Position numbers and translations under genes: made by a program | Shown here: one piece after another, positions 44,517 to 55,400 of the stretch | Position numbering within the stretch: the stretch's first letter is position 1 | Layout of the letters: each line of letters starts with the position of its first letter | Source: Methanothrix sp. | Lineage (GTDB): Archaea > Halobacteriota > Methanosarcinia > Methanotrichales > Methanotrichaceae | Direction: 5' to 3' | NCBI GenBank assembly: GCA_035403205.1 | Contig: DAONES010000001.1 | Location: 5,885-61,284, forward strand | DNA: 55,400 nucleotides | Notes under the pieces: generated by a model | What the model saw: only the letters and a program-made list of their open reading frames with translations | The model's database searches: none | Told to the model about the DNA's origin: nothing

Positions 44517-47500
44517 ATGACAAAAAGCATTTTAATTGTTATTTCTGCGGTAGGCATAATTCTGTCATTCTTATTTTTATCTGTCTTGTCATTTGCACAG
44601 ACATCATCTGTGCAGTCGTCGGTGCAGATGGCATCCGGGCAAGCATCGTCTGCTAAGGCTCACGGGCTCTCAATCGCAGCAGACCAGAAGATCGACCTCC
44701 GTCTGGGAGAGTTTCTGGCGGCAGAAGCAGACGGGAGTGCCGGGAGAGAAAAAATACCTGTGATTGTTATGCTCAATGCCACTGCTCCATCCAGCCAAGA
44801 TAGCCTCTTTCCTGATGATCAAACCTCCAAAGGCCTCTCGGTCAAGTACCGGTTTCATCTGATCCCCGGTTTCGCTGGAGAGGCTTCGAGTAATGCTATC
44901 AGAGATATGGCGGAGAGCAAATTGGTATCGGGAATCTATTTTGATGGCAGCGCACGGATCTCTTTAAATGAATCATCCGCAGGGCAATCAACGAACGGCT
45001 CCGCCACCCAGGAGGAATATAATGACGGGTATATTTCCCCTGCCAGGATAATAAAAGCAGACAAGCTCTGGGAGAAGGGGATCAACGGCACGGGAATAAC
45101 CGTGGCTGTGATTGATTCCGGCATCGACAAGAATCATCCAGACCTGATCGGCAAAGTAGTAGCCGAGAAAAATTTCCTGGCGGATGAGATCACGGCTGAC
45201 GATCTGCTGGGACACGGAACAATGGTGGCTGGGATAATAGCCGGATCAGGGGCGGCCTCCAATGGCAGCTACAAGGGAATTGCTCCCGGAGCAAAGCTGA
45301 TCAGCGTCAAAGTAATCAATGGCAAAGGCGACGGCAAAGTCTCGGATATCATTGCGGGAATTGAATGGGCTGTTTACAATGGTGCAGATATCCTCAGCCT
45401 TAGCCTGGGCGGCATAAATTTGGGCGAGACCAATCCCCCCATAACCATGGCTGCGGACAATGCCGTCAGAGGGGGTGTGGTGGTCTGCGTGGCGGCAGGA
45501 AATCGCAACAGCAGCGATACCGGTGGTCAGGTATCGAAAACCAGCAGCAGTCAGACTGACGGAAGCCAGACAGGCAATAGTAGAACGCCGATTGAATTGT
45601 CTCAGAGAGATGGCAGCGATAGCGCCAAGAAGGACGTCTATTATCTCCTCATTCCAGTCGTCCTGGCGCTTCCGCCGGGATTGATCGACTCGCCGGGCGA
45701 TGGCGTTAAGGTGATTACCGTTGGCGCGACGGACGCGTCAGGCCGCATCGCCAGCTTTTCCGGTTCAGGGCCCACCAGAGACGATAGGATCAAGCCGGAT
45801 GTCGTGGCACCGGGCGTTGACATCATCTCCATTGTGCCCACGGGAATAAAACGGCCCAGCCCGGTTGATTACTACTATTCCAGTGAGTCCGGAACCAGCC
45901 TTTCTGCACCGGTGGCGGCCGGCTTGGCGGCGCTGCTCTTGCAGGCAGACAGAAATCTGAGCGCCGCAGGCGTAAAGGCGGCTATGACCCGGGGAGCGAA
46001 AAAACTGGACAGCACTCTTGGCGAGAGCTACGAGGAGTTCTATCAGGGGGCAGGAATGCTCGATGCCCTCTCCTCCTATGAGCTTCTGGCAAATAGCAGC
46101 AATATCTGCGGAACGATTCCGGATCGCTGGACTGCGGGCCGCTGGGCATATCTGCCCGCGGGAAAGGGAGTGTACGTTGGGCTGGATACGGGCGCAGACA
46201 GGCCGCAGAAGAAGATTTATGCCCTGGCTCCGGGAGACGAAGACTGGAGCTTGCGTTTTGTATTCTTTTCCGATCGCAGCATAGAAGACCTCAAGACCTC
46301 TGTGCAGGGGGAGGTGGCTGACTGGGTAAACCTTCAGCCTTTGCCCAGGACTTTTGCCGCCAATGATCAGAAGGTCTTTGCCGCCTCAATAGCGGTGCCG
46401 CAGGATACCGCACCAGGCATTTATAGCGGCACCATCGAGATTGCTGACGGCGGCGAGACGCTTCTGGATATTCCCATCAGCGTGAATGTGGCGATGCCCC
46501 TGAAAATCTCACGGGGAGAGGCCAATGGCACAGGGTCTCTAAACGGAAGCGAATGGCGCTATTACTATCTGGAGATGAATCCCGGAACAACCGATTTTGA
46601 AGTTACCCTCGGCTGCAAGCAAGACACTAAGCTCGATCTGTTCCTGCTCTCGCCTACCAGCGAGTATTATACCGGCGAAAGATCAGGCAATGATACCGGC
46701 AGAGCTGCCGGCATCAAGACCAATTCCAGCATGATTAATGCTTCTGAGACCGTCGTCCAGAAGGCTGGTAAAAAGATAACATATCCTCCTTCGGGAAGAT
46801 GGCTGATAGCCGTGCACAGTGAGAATGCGACTACTCCGTCCAATTATACCCTTCAGGTGGAAAGAAGCCAACTGATGACAGATCCCCTGCGCTGGAATCT
46901 GGAGTCAGCGGCAGCCGGAACCAGCAACAAGATGCAGTTTTTCCTCAAAAATCCCGGTCTGTCCCTGCAGAATCTCAGTTATACCGGGATGATTGAGAAT
47001 ACTACTATTCGGGAATATGAGGGCCGCGTGGGATACAAGGAGACTTGGAATCAGACCGTAAATGTAACTGAGAGCACAAAGAAGATCTCTGCAGAGTTGA
47101 CGAGTCAGGACAGAGGTAATAAGAGCGAAGTTGCCCTTGTCTTTGAGAACCCCAGAGGCACTGCCAGTGAGGAGAATGCCGATTTGGGGACAGACAATCT
47201 CGGTCCCCTGGAGATCAGCAATCCGGAGCTGGGCAACTGGACGGTGAAGGTTTATGGATATGATGTTCCTATGGATGGCAAATCCTTCCGGGTTTCCATA
47301 AAGGAGTATGCTGAGGAGAACTGGAGCTGGATTTCAGCCTGGGGGCCGGATCGGCTGGAGAGCGACAGCAATGGGACGGTGCAGGCGGCCATCGCAATTC
47401 CCGTGAAGACATCGATTCCCAGGGTAGATGGATATATCAAAATCTCCTCAGACCGGCACACACTCGAGATTCCGGTCAGCGTCACCATTGCCGGCACCAG

Positions 47501-48257
47501 GCTGACAGGTCTCTCAGAGGAACGGGCTGTTGACACGGACAGCGATGGCCTCATTGATGTTCTATCCCTGGGGTTCGGAGTGAACATCAGCGCGCCGGGA
47601 GAGTTCAGGCTCAACGGCGCGATGGCAGATTGCAGCGGCAACTGGATTGGCAGCATTGACCGCAGCTTTGCGCTCCAGAAGAGCGGGAGCATACTGGTCA
47701 ATGCCAGCGGGATTGATATCTGGAGATACGCCAAATGCGGGCCACTGAGAATTCAAAACCTGATTCTCTACGATAAGGACGGAAGCTATATCGATCGATT
47801 CGACAGGGACATAATCATAGACCGAAAGCCAGAAGAGTTCCAGCCGCCTGCCGCCTACCTGAGCGGCGAGTTTTCCAACCGAACGACCAGCTCTGCGATC
47901 GCCATTGGGGTAAATGTGACTGTCGTCAAGCCGGGCCGCTATGAGCTGCAGGGCATCATCCTGGATGACGCCGGAGATCAGGTTGGTGAAGCGAGCGCAG
48001 AGGGCGATCTCTCCGCTGGAAACACCACGATGCTGCTGCAGTTTGATCCTGCGTCCTTTGTAGCGCAGGGCGAGCCTTCAGCAGTGCATCTGGGGGATCT
48101 GGTACTCAGCCGCAATAAGAGCCTCCTGGAGAGGAGAAGCGATGCCTGGAGTTCGGACATGATGGACCCGCAGGTGTTTGAGGCGGAAACGGCGGAAAGC
48201 AGCATTTCCGCAGTTCCTGTGGTCAAGCTGGGCGGATATGATGGGGTGACGCTGTAG
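44517..48257 (+). CDS. Secreted subtilisin-like (S8) serine protease with C-terminal PPC/Ig-like domains
   Basis: Signal peptide; VAVIDSG, GHGTMVAG, AAGN, KPDVVAPG, SGTSLSAP.AAG; DLFLLSP/GNWTVKV PPC-like modules. Confidence 0.9.
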   Translation: MTKSILIVISAVGIILSFLFLSVLSFAQTSSVQSSVQMASGQASSAKAHGLSIAADQKIDLRLGEFLAAEADGSAGREKIPVIVMLNATAPSSQDSLFPDDQTSKGLSVKYRFHLIPGFAGEASSNAIRDMAESKLVSGIYFDGSARISLNESSAGQSTNGSATQEEYNDGYISPARIIKADKLWEKGINGTGITVAVIDSGIDKNHPDLIGKVVAEKNFLADEITADDLLGHGTMVAGIIAGSGAASNGSYKGIAPGAKLISVKVINGKGDGKVSDIIAGIEWAVYNGADILSLSLGGINLGETNPPITMAADNAVRGGVVVCVAAGNRNSSDTGGQVSKTSSSQTDGSQTGNSRTPIELSQRDGSDSAKKDVYYLLIPVVLALPPGLIDSPGDGVKVITVGATDASGRIASFSGSGPTRDDRIKPDVVAPGVDIISIVPTGIKRPSPVDYYYSSESGTSLSAPVAAGLAALLLQADRNLSAAGVKAAMTRGAKKLDSTLGESYEEFYQGAGMLDALSSYELLANSSNICGTIPDRWTAGRWAYLPAGKGVYVGLDTGADRPQKKIYALAPGDEDWSLRFVFFSDRSIEDLKTSVQGEVADWVNLQPLPRTFAANDQKVFAASIAVPQDTAPGIYSGTIEIADGGETLLDIPISVNVAMPLKISRGEANGTGSLNGSEWRYYYLEMNPGTTDFEVTLGCKQDTKLDLFLLSPTSEYYTGERSGNDTGRAAGIKTNSSMINASETVVQKAGKKITYPPSGRWLIAVHSENATTPSNYTLQVERSQLMTDPLRWNLESAAAGTSNKMQFFLKNPGLSLQNLSYTGMIENTTIREYEGRVGYKETWNQTVNVTESTKKISAELTSQDRGNKSEVALVFENPRGTASEENADLGTDNLGPLEISNPELGNWTVKVYGYDVPMDGKSFRVSIKEYAEENWSWISAWGPDRLESDSNGTVQAAIAIPVKTSIPRVDGYIKISSDRHTLEIPVSVTIAGTRLTGLSEERAVDTDSDGLIDVLSLGFGVNISAPGEFRLNGAMADCSGNWIGSIDRSFALQKSGSILVNASGIDIWRYAKCGPLRIQNLILYDKDGSYIDRFDRDIIIDRKPEEFQPPAAYLSGEFSNRTTSSAIAIGVNVTVVKPGRYELQGIILDDAGDQVGEASAEGDLSAGNTTMLLQFDPASFVAQGEPSAVHLGDLVLSRNKSLLERRSDAWSSDMMDPQVFEAETAESSISAVPVVKLGGYDGVTL

Positions 48258-48347
48258 CTGGGCCGAGCGGGCTTTTCCGGAAACCGGCTTCCTGAAGCTT
48301 TCCTGGACGGGGCTGCAAAGGACAAAAACAGCTTTTAATTATTTATT

Positions 48348-51197
48348 ATGCAAGAGGATAGATCAAAGGGCCAGAGGGCTCAGGAACCTGAGAACGGGCA
48401 AGGATTTGCCGCTTTGCAGGAACATTCTGCATTGGGCCGTTGGGAAGAGAAGGCAACATTGCCCCGGAGCTTGGAGAATATTTCCTTCTCGTCTGCAACC
48501 ATCATAGCGGCTGCGATTCTATTATTATATCTGGGCATTTGGTTTGCTCTCCGGGCAGACGAATGGCACAATATGCTCTTTTCAGATGTATTTACTGTTA
48601 TATTAAATTCTGTGGCATCATTATGTTTGTTATATGCTGCATATGTCTCTTATAAAATTGAAAAGGATTTTTATCCAGGCTGGATGATGATTTTTTTATT
48701 TCAGCTATTTTTCACCATTGGGGACGCATTATGGGCTTTTTATGAGATCATTCTGGAGCAGAGCCCGTCTCCATCTACTGCCGATGTATTCTATCTCCTT
48801 TCATTCCCCTTATTTCTGGCAGGAGTCATAGTCCTTCCTTCATATCGGTTTAATGCCAGTGATCGGATCAAGCTGCTGCTTGACACTTGCATTGTTCTTA
48901 TTTCATCAGTAATAGTATATTGGTCAGCTATAATTGCCCCAACATTGAGCGCAAATTCCGATGCCGATCCGATTATCGCCGTCCTTTCCGTGGCCTATCC
49001 CATTATGGACCTAGTTTTATTTTTTGCTCTGATTGATCTGTTGCTTAGACGGCAGAGCATCTCCGGATCGAAGCCCGTATTGCTGCTGATGGCATTTTGC
49101 GCAATAAATATCATTACAGACGCATATTACATGCAGCAGTCCCTGGAAGGCACTTACCAGTCCGGCGGATTGCTGGATTCCGGATGGATACTCGGATACC
49201 TGATTGTCGGGCTTGCTGGAATTGCCCATGTAGATGCTCTTAAATCCGGCAAATATATAATCAACAGCCAGATTGAGCCGCACTATGGAGAGTTGACCTG
49301 GCCGCTTTATCTTCCTTACGTCTGCGTCGGAGGAGTATTCTTCCTGCTTGTCTGGAGCCATGATCATCCTCTGCCAATCTCTTTTTATAATTTATCGATA
49401 GCCATTGCCGCCATCATCTGCATTGTTATTGCCCGCCAGATTCTGGTCCTTCGTGAAAATTCCAGGCTTTTTCAGGAGGCAAAAGCAGAGATCTCAGAGC
49501 GCAAGAAAACTCAACTGGAGATATCGAGGCTCAACCTCGATCTGGAGCAGCGAATCAAGATGCGCACCTGCCAGCTGGAAGAGACGAATAGAGACCTGCA
49601 AAGGGCCAAGGAGCTGGCGGAATCGGCCACCCGCGCCAAGTCCGAATTTCTGGCTAATATGAGTCATGAGATTCGAACTCCCATGAATGCAGTCATCGGC
49701 ATGACCGAACTGATGCTAGAGTCGAGCCTTACTCAAGAAGAACAGCGCGAGTACCTGGAGACAATCAAAAAAAGCGGAAACGCATTGCTGGCGATAATCA
49801 ATGACATCCTGGATATCTCCAAGATCGAGGGGGGAAAGATGCAGCTTGCAAATGAGATGTTTGATCTGCGAGATTGCATCGAAAATTCGATGGACCTGGT
49901 GGCGGCACAGGCGGCAGTCAAAGGATTGGAACTGGCATACATTTTGCAGGAGAACCTTCCTACGCGGCTCTCAGGAGATGAAGCCAGGTTGCGGCAGATT
50001 CTCATCAACCTTCTGGGCAATGCGGTGAAATTTACAGAGCATGGTCAAGCAGTTCTTTTCGTCAGCCTCGTATCCGATGAAAAAAGATCGGCAAATGTGG
50101 ATTTCTCCCGCTGTCAGGAGGAATTTCTCTTCATCGTAAGAGATACTGGAATCGGAATAACGCCGGAAGACGCGGAGAAATTATTCCGGCCATTCACGCA
50201 GGGCGACTCGTCCAAAACGAAAAATTTCAGCGGCACAGGTTTGGGCCTGGCCATCAGCAAAAGGCTGGTGCAGCTCATGGGCGGCAGGATCTGGATTGAG
50301 AGTGAAATTGGCAAGGGAAGCGCCTTTCACTTCACTATAAAAGCAGAAGCGATCAGAGAAAAAGAGCCGCAACCAGCCAGAGATCAAGCCCTTTTGGGAA
50401 AGAGAGTGATCATAGTCTCAGGCAATAATTGCCTCAGGACTATGCTCTCTCGGATTATCTCTCCCTGGGGCTCTGCCGTTTCCGAGTGCCCTGACGGCAA
50501 TTCCGCTCTGGTGGCGATGTTGGGGGACCATATCGACCTCGCAATTGTCGATACCGTCCTTCCGGATATGGGCGGCGCAGACCTGGCACGCAGGATCAAA
50601 TCGAAAGGGCACGAAGGTACCTCTGTAGCCATAATGAGCTACATCGGTGGAAATATTCAACCTGACGATTTTGTGAGCGGATGGCTGGCTAAGCCGGTTA
50701 AATTCCAGGCACTGCACAGTCTCATCTCAAAGATCTTCGGTGCAGAAAACGGCTTGAAGACCTCTCAGCCCATAAAACCGGATGACTATAGAAGGCCAAA
50801 GCATGAAGAGAGCATATCCATATTGCTGGCGGAGGACAATCCTGTTAACGAGAAAGTTGCTCAAATGATGCTTAAGCGCCTGGGATACAAAGCAGATGTG
50901 GCATCCAATGGATTGGATGTCTTGAATTTGCTGAACGCGAAGAGATATGATTTGATACTGATGGATATCCAGATGCCTCAGATGGATGGGCTGGAGGCCA
51001 CGCGCATCATCAGGGAAAAGATGCAGCCAATCGACCGACCCTGCATCATCGCCATGACTGCCTATGCTCTGGAAGGCGACAAGGAAGCATGCCTGAAAGC
51101 CGGCATGGATGATTACATAAGCAAGCCGATCCAGCTCAAGGAGCTCGAAAATGTTCTGCAGAGATGCAAAGATCGGATGAAAGAGCCTGATCGATGA
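48348..51197 (+). CDS. Membrane-bound hybrid histidine kinase with two receiver-like domains
   Basis: Multi-TM N-terminus (GDALW, ADVFYL, AYPIMD); [12 protein letters not shown]; GTGLGL; degenerate and intact receiver domains. Confidence 0.92.
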   Translation: MQEDRSKGQRAQEPENGQGFAALQEHSALGRWEEKATLPRSLENISFSSATIIAAAILLLYLGIWFALRADEWHNMLFSDVFTVILNSVASLCLLYAAYVSYKIEKDFYPGWMMIFLFQLFFTIGDALWAFYEIILEQSPSPSTADVFYLLSFPLFLAGVIVLPSYRFNASDRIKLLLDTCIVLISSVIVYWSAIIAPTLSANSDADPIIAVLSVAYPIMDLVLFFALIDLLLRRQSISGSKPVLLLMAFCAINIITDAYYMQQSLEGTYQSGGLLDSGWILGYLIVGLAGIAHVDALKSGKYIINSQIEPHYGELTWPLYLPYVCVGGVFFLLVWSHDHPLPISFYNLSIAIAAIICIVIARQILVLRENSRLFQEAKAEISERKKTQLEISRLNLDLEQRIKMRTCQLEETNRDLQRAKELAESATRAKSEFLANMSHEIRTPMNAVIGMTELMLESSLTQEEQREYLETIKKSGNALLAIINDILDISKIEGGKMQLANEMFDLRDCIENSMDLVAAQAAVKGLELAYILQENLPTRLSGDEARLRQILINLLGNAVKFTEHGQAVLFVSLVSDEKRSANVDFSRCQEEFLFIVRDTGIGITPEDAEKLFRPFTQGDSSKTKNFSGTGLGLAISKRLVQLMGGRIWIESEIGKGSAFHFTIKAEAIREKEPQPARDQALLGKRVIIVSGNNCLRTMLSRIISPWGSAVSECPDGNSALVAMLGDHIDLAIVDTVLPDMGGADLARRIKSKGHEGTSVAIMSYIGGNIQPDDFVSGWLAKPVKFQALHSLISKIFGAENGLKTSQPIKPDDYRRPKHEESISILLAEDNPVNEKVAQMMLKRLGYKADVASNGLDVLNLLNAKRYDLILMDIQMPQMDGLEATRIIREKMQPIDRPCIIAMTAYALEGDKEACLKAGMDDYISKPIQLKELENVLQRCKDRMKEPDR

Positions 51198-51400
51198 ATT
51201 TGATGGCTGAATTTGACCTCAGAAGACCATCGAATAAGCAGCGCGGACGCTGCACTGATGCCTGGATTATACGGGCAGTCTTTCTTAAATAACAATAAGT
51301 GCAATTGTCTATGGGAAGCGATAGGAAGCCATAGTGATGTTATGCACTACTGAGGTATTCTTGCGGTGAATTTCTGAAGTAATATCATGGAGGTATTAAT

Positions 51401-52168
51401 ATTAAACAACTAATTGAAGCAATATGCATAACTGCAATCATGGTTGCAGTGGCATTCTCCGGTTGCGCGGAGAAGCAAACAACAGAAAACTCAGTCCAAC
51501 AAAACGAATCCGATTTGAAGGAAGCTAACCATAACGCGGATTTGAGCTCAAGAGAATCCAATGCAAGCCTCTTCTTGCAGGACTTTAGCCAGGTAAATGA
51601 TCCCTACAAGAAGACGCTCTTTGCCACAGGTCAGGGGCAAAGGAACGAGTCCATCAATTATTACGAGAACCTGACCACATCCCTGATGGCTTTTCAGGAG
51701 AAGTACAAGGACTATCGACCCCAGGAAATCAAGTCGGACACCCAATTCACCGGGGATATGAGCAATGTTTCGTCCATTATTTCCGGCGTAAGAGATGAGA
51801 TCTATACTGGCAATCTCACCGAGGCTCATAAGACGCTTGAAGTGGTGAGGCCCGTCTTCCAGGGGATACTGACTCGGAACCATCTATTGCCCCTGAGCGT
51901 GGCGCTGGTGGACTTTCATGACGCTATGGAACTGGTATTGGCTGCCGCCAATAACAAGGATGCATCAGGCGTGATGGAGACTTATCCCAAGGCGGACGAG
52001 AAATTGAAAGCTGTGGAGTCCATTAACGATGAATCAGGAATAAAGGCCATAAGGGCGAACCTGGACGCAGTGATGAATCTGGCCAAAGAGAACAAGACCG
52101 GTGAGCTTCCGGCTAAGGCCGCGGAACTGAAGGCGAGCTATGTGATTGTATATCTGGCATCCAGTTAG
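51401..52168 (+). CDS. Putative lipoprotein, helical
   Basis: Lipobox-like FSGC; AH..LE.VR and DFHDAME motifs; ORF track starts at ATG 51440, extended to ATT 51401. Confidence 0.7.
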   Translation: MKQLIEAICITAIMVAVAFSGCAEKQTTENSVQQNESDLKEANHNADLSSRESNASLFLQDFSQVNDPYKKTLFATGQGQRNESINYYENLTTSLMAFQEKYKDYRPQEIKSDTQFTGDMSNVSSIISGVRDEIYTGNLTEAHKTLEVVRPVFQGILTRNHLLPLSVALVDFHDAMELVLAAANNKDASGVMETYPKADEKLKAVESINDESGIKAIRANLDAVMNLAKENKTGELPAKAAELKASYVIVYLASS

Positions 52169-52351
52169 CCACGATTGCAGGAAAAGTCATTGGCGGTCAG
52201 ATAAGCTAGCGTTTTCTTTTGACTCGCCTATTCTCTTTTTGTCTCGTATTGGATAAAGCGCTTCATATTCCATCTACTCGGGTCCCGTCTACTCAGGTCT
52301 CACAGAAAGGCAGATAGGAGGCCCTACAACTTCAGGGGCGAGAGTTGATCA

Positions 52352-52705
52352 TTACTCATCGCATCTGTACTTGATTTGGTTGCCCATGTGCTCGGCCCCC
52401 CATTCACAGAGCTGATCGAGGATCGGCATCAGGGATCTTCCCATCTCCGTGAGCGAATACTCCACCTTCGGCGGGACCTGCGTGTAGACCTTTCTGCTGA
52501 CAAGCCCGTCCTCCTCGAGCTGGCGGAGCTGTTTCGTGAGCATCCTCTGGGTGATCCTGGGCTGAAGCCTATCCAGCAGCTGGCTGAAGCGCAGCGTCTC
52601 ATCGTTCAGCTCATAAATGATCAGCGGCTTCCATTTGCCTCCGATCACATCCAGCGTCGCATCCATCGGCCAATCGTATTTGCATTCCTGAGGAGGGCTG
52701 TTCAT
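52352..52705 (-). CDS. HxlR/HypR-family winged-helix regulator
   Basis: TLDVIGGKWKPLII, LRFSQL, ITQRMLTKQLRQLE.DGLV.R.VY.QVPPKVEYSLT. Confidence 0.93.
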   Translation of the reverse strand: MNSPPQECKYDWPMDATLDVIGGKWKPLIIYELNDETLRFSQLLDRLQPRITQRMLTKQLRQLEEDGLVSRKVYTQVPPKVEYSLTEMGRSLMPILDQLCEWGAEHMGNQIKYRCDE

Positions 52706-52706
52706 T

Positions 52707-52744
52707 GGTATCAATCCTGTTAGTAGGTATCAAATCTGTTAGTA
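52707..52744. promoter_or_regulatory. 19-bp tandem repeat, candidate HxlR-family operator
   Basis: GGTATCAATCCTGTTAGTA GGTATCAAATCTGTTAGTA in the divergent promoter. Confidence 0.55.
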
Positions 52745-52838
52745 CATGCTACATATACTTTTCACGGTTGATGCATGGGAATGAAAATAGCGAAGAATAC
52801 CTGAAGAATACCATGAAGATGTATGAGGTGTCAATAGA

Positions 52839-54038
52839 ATGCTATTCAGAGAAAACCCTAAAAATGGCGACAAGCTTTCTGTACTTGGATTCGGGTGCAT
52901 GCGTCTACCCATGAAAGGAGATGGCAGCATAGATGAAGAAAGGGCGGCGAGCCAGGTGCGCTATGCCATCGACCGGGGAGTGAACTATGTTGATACTGCC
53001 TGGCCGTATCATATGGAGCAGAGCGAGCCGTTCTTGGGGCGCGCTCTGTCCGGAGGATACCGGGAAAAGGTCAAGCTTGCGACAAAACTGCCCACCTGGA
53101 TGGTGAAGAGCCGGGATGACATGGACCTCTTCCTGAAATCTCAAATGGAAAAGCTCAATACCGATCATATCGACTACTACCTGGTCCACTCTCTCGTTGG
53201 CGATCTGTGGGATGGCATTGAAAAGCTTGGCGTGGCTGACTTCCTCGATAAGGCCAAAGCCGACGGCCGCATCATTAACGCTGGTTTTTCCTTTCACGGC
53301 TCTGGAGAGGATTTCAAGAGGATAGTTGACGCCTATGATTGGGATTTCTGTCAGATTCAATACAACTTTTTGGATGAACGAAACCAGGCAGGGACAGACG
53401 GCCTCGAATATGCAGGCAAAAAGGGCCTGGGCGTGATCATCATGGAGCCACTGCGGGGAGGAATGCTCGCAAGCCGCGTGCCTGCTTATGTGCAGGAGAT
53501 TTGGGACGAGTCCCGGACGAAGAGATCTGCTGCAGAGTGGGGTCTGCGCTGGGTATGGAACCACCCGGAGGTAACGGTTGTTCTATCAGGGATGAACGAT
53601 GAGAGTCACATTGAAGAGAACCTTGCTGCGGCGGAGAGAGCAATTCCAAATGCCCTTAATGAAGAGGAACTGGGGCTGGTCAAGAGGGTGGAGAAGAAGT
53701 ACCGGGAGCTGATGAAAGCAGGCTGCACGGGTTGCAGATACTGTATGCCCTGTCCTGAAGGAGTGAACATTCCTGTCTGCTTTGAATGGTACAACAGCAT
53801 GCATATGTCTGAAAAAGCCGATGATGCGAGGTTTTTCTATGCGGTCCAGCTGAGCGGCATCCTGTCTGCTGGAGAGGCGGCCTATGCATCACGGTGCAAG
53901 CAATGCGGAAGATGCCTTGAGAAATGTCCCCAGCATCTGGATATTCCAGAGCTTCTTCTATCGGTTGTCGAAGATATGGAAGGGCCTGATCTCGAAAAGA
54001 GGGTGGCCATCGCCAAGCAGGTGTTTGGGATGGCCTGA
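52839..54038 (+). CDS. Aldo/keto reductase with C-terminal 4Fe-4S dicluster
   Basis: LGFGCMRLP, NYVDTAWPY, LATKLP, QIQYN, IMEPLRGG, CTGCRYC.PCP, C..CG.C..KCPQ. Confidence 0.92.
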   Translation: MLFRENPKNGDKLSVLGFGCMRLPMKGDGSIDEERAASQVRYAIDRGVNYVDTAWPYHMEQSEPFLGRALSGGYREKVKLATKLPTWMVKSRDDMDLFLKSQMEKLNTDHIDYYLVHSLVGDLWDGIEKLGVADFLDKAKADGRIINAGFSFHGSGEDFKRIVDAYDWDFCQIQYNFLDERNQAGTDGLEYAGKKGLGVIIMEPLRGGMLASRVPAYVQEIWDESRTKRSAAEWGLRWVWNHPEVTVVLSGMNDESHIEENLAAAERAIPNALNEEELGLVKRVEKKYRELMKAGCTGCRYCMPCPEGVNIPVCFEWYNSMHMSEKADDARFFYAVQLSGILSAGEAAYASRCKQCGRCLEKCPQHLDIPELLLSVVEDMEGPDLEKRVAIAKQVFGMA

Positions 54039-54056
54039 TGGTCCTGAGATTTCGAT

Positions 54057-54725
54057 TTACGAGCCGCCCAATACTATTATTTGCAGGGCGGCCTTGAACG
54101 CCTTTGATCCATCCGGGCCTGATAATTCGATTGTGGCATTATAGATGCCCGGTTTTGCGCCTGAATTCCAGATTCCTGATAGTTCGCTTTCCGATGACGG
54201 CTTCAGATTAACCCTGCCGGCATTCGATCCGTCTGGGCCGATGATATCGGCATAGATCTCAAGATTGGTCAGATCAATGGTTTCCGCGGGTCTTCCGGAA
54301 GCAGTTGAGTTAGAACCGGTACCGGTAATGCCGATGGCTGCATTTATTTGAACCTCATGATTGAGATTCGCAGGGTTGGGCTGAGCACTAATATTATTTA
54401 GCTTGAGTTCAGACAATGCAGTCGAGTTATTCGCCGGATTTGCGGCTGTATTGCCCGCTGCATTTGAAGCTTGACTGGCTTTTTTCCTGGCATCTATCTG
54501 AGCATTAAGCAGTCTTGCCTGTTGCGGACCGCTCAGACCAGCTGGTGCATCCTGCACAGCCTTTCCTTCTAAAAAAGCGATTGCGCTTTGCGTCCAATCC
54601 GGCTGTTCGCCCTTGCAGGCCGGGCAATCCGCTAACGTTGACTGCGCAAAGCCGGATGCAAGCATAAATGCGATGATCAGCCCCAGACCGGAAGCTCCAA
54701 GAATTGACCCCAAACAATGATTCAT
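54057..54725 (-). CDS. Secreted hypothetical protein with N-terminal CxxC
   Basis: Signal peptide followed by DCPAC....DW; C-terminal Ig-like beta region (PNPA, G.Y.A.I). Confidence 0.65.
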   Translation of the reverse strand: MNHCLGSILGASGLGLIIAFMLASGFAQSTLADCPACKGEQPDWTQSAIAFLEGKAVQDAPAGLSGPQQARLLNAQIDARKKASQASNAAGNTAANPANNSTALSELKLNNISAQPNPANLNHEVQINAAIGITGTGSNSTASGRPAETIDLTNLEIYADIIGPDGSNAGRVNLKPSSESELSGIWNSGAKPGIYNATIELSGPDGSKAFKAALQIIVLGGS

Positions 54726-55060
54726 ATCGATGCCTTCGTGAGCCTTGTTCTCCGGTTCTTGCTTATCATTCTGACGCCTTGCAAATGCCAGTCTCAGGCA
54801 CCCGGATCTTTCATTAACAGTTGTATATGAATAAATCGCGAAACAATGTCTAAATTATACTAAAATTCGATTCCAGATTCAGATAGACAATTGTCTTAAC
54901 CCTAGCCTGAAATCGATCTTATAGACTCGATTTTCAAGATCAATTATAAATTATAACTTGGCTGTATTGTGCAGTAAAGTCCATTATACCAAAAGGTTTT
55001 TCATTAGTTCTAATACTACGATGACCGGGCGACTAAGATCAATATGTTGGGTTGTGCAAG

Positions 55061-55400
55061 ATGCAGTATATTTCATTTCGCAGCGCTGCAATCCTGGCTG
55101 CCATTATAACTTTGCTTCACATCGCACTTGTGGCCGTTAGCAAGACAAATGGCAACCTGCTTGCAGTGGAGGATGGATTTGCATCATTTACCAGCGGCAT
55201 TTCTGCCGCTGCATTATTTTACACAGGGTTCCGAACATCAGGCAGGATAAGAGAAGCATGGATGGTTTTTGCCGTCGCAATGCTCTTCAATACTCTTGGG
55301 GACATATCCTGGTCGATAATGGAGGTCGTCCTCCATCAGGAACCGTTTCCTTCGGTTGCTGATATTGGTTATCTCATGTTCTATCCTCTCTTTGCATTGG
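55061..55400 (+). CDS. Membrane sensor domain paralogous to the N-terminus of the 48348 kinase; runs off the window
   Basis: Manual translation MQYISFRSAAILAA...AWMVFAVAMLFNTLGDISW..EVVLHQEPFPSVADIGYLMFYPLF aligns with [42 protein letters not shown]. Confidence 0.8.
   Translation, partial: MQYISFRSAAILAAIITLLHIALVAVSKTNGNLLAVEDGFASFTSGISAAALFYTGFRTSGRIREAWMVFAVAMLFNTLGDISWSIMEVVLHQEPFPSVADIGYLMFYPLFAL

Noticed and set aside
54958-55140. 60-aa ORF in the track
   Set aside because: Overlaps, in another frame, the better-supported sensor CDS starting at 55061
1-55400. Genome-wide TAG reassignment to pyrrolysine
   Set aside because: Conserved genes (aRF1, rpoL, pssA, mptD) end at TAG at their expected C-termini

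Overview
Archaeal methanogen DNA, most likely Methanotrichaceae (Methanothrix/Methanosaeta-like). This is inferred from gene content (sepS, aRF1, csl4-rpoL, artA-psd-pssA-mptD, hemL-hemC-cobA, larC, many PAS/hybrid kinases) and not from a marker search. A backbone of housekeeping genes is interrupted by AT-richer accessory patches. (i) ~5.1-12.6 kb: an HTH regulator plus a stand-alone AglB/STT3-C-like membrane protein, then a decayed type IIG restriction-modification gene whose C-terminal tail is present in four copies interleaved with two palindromic CACAAAG elements and a RelE-type TA pair, then a TPR gene. (ii) ~15.8-20.3 kb: a toxin-antitoxin/defence patch (YgiT finger, PIN/DUF104, PD-(D/E)xK protein, orphan MNT, HicBA-like). 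(iii) Single insertions: SLATT/DUF4231, and DUF4062 + Schlafen-like ATP-binding protein. Several conserved genes seem to need non-canonical start codons (CTG, ACG, ATT). A two-hairpin sRNA/sORF candidate lies upstream of guaAB. I saw no rRNA, tRNA, CRISPR array or transposase. All family calls come from motif recognition by eye; no searches were run.
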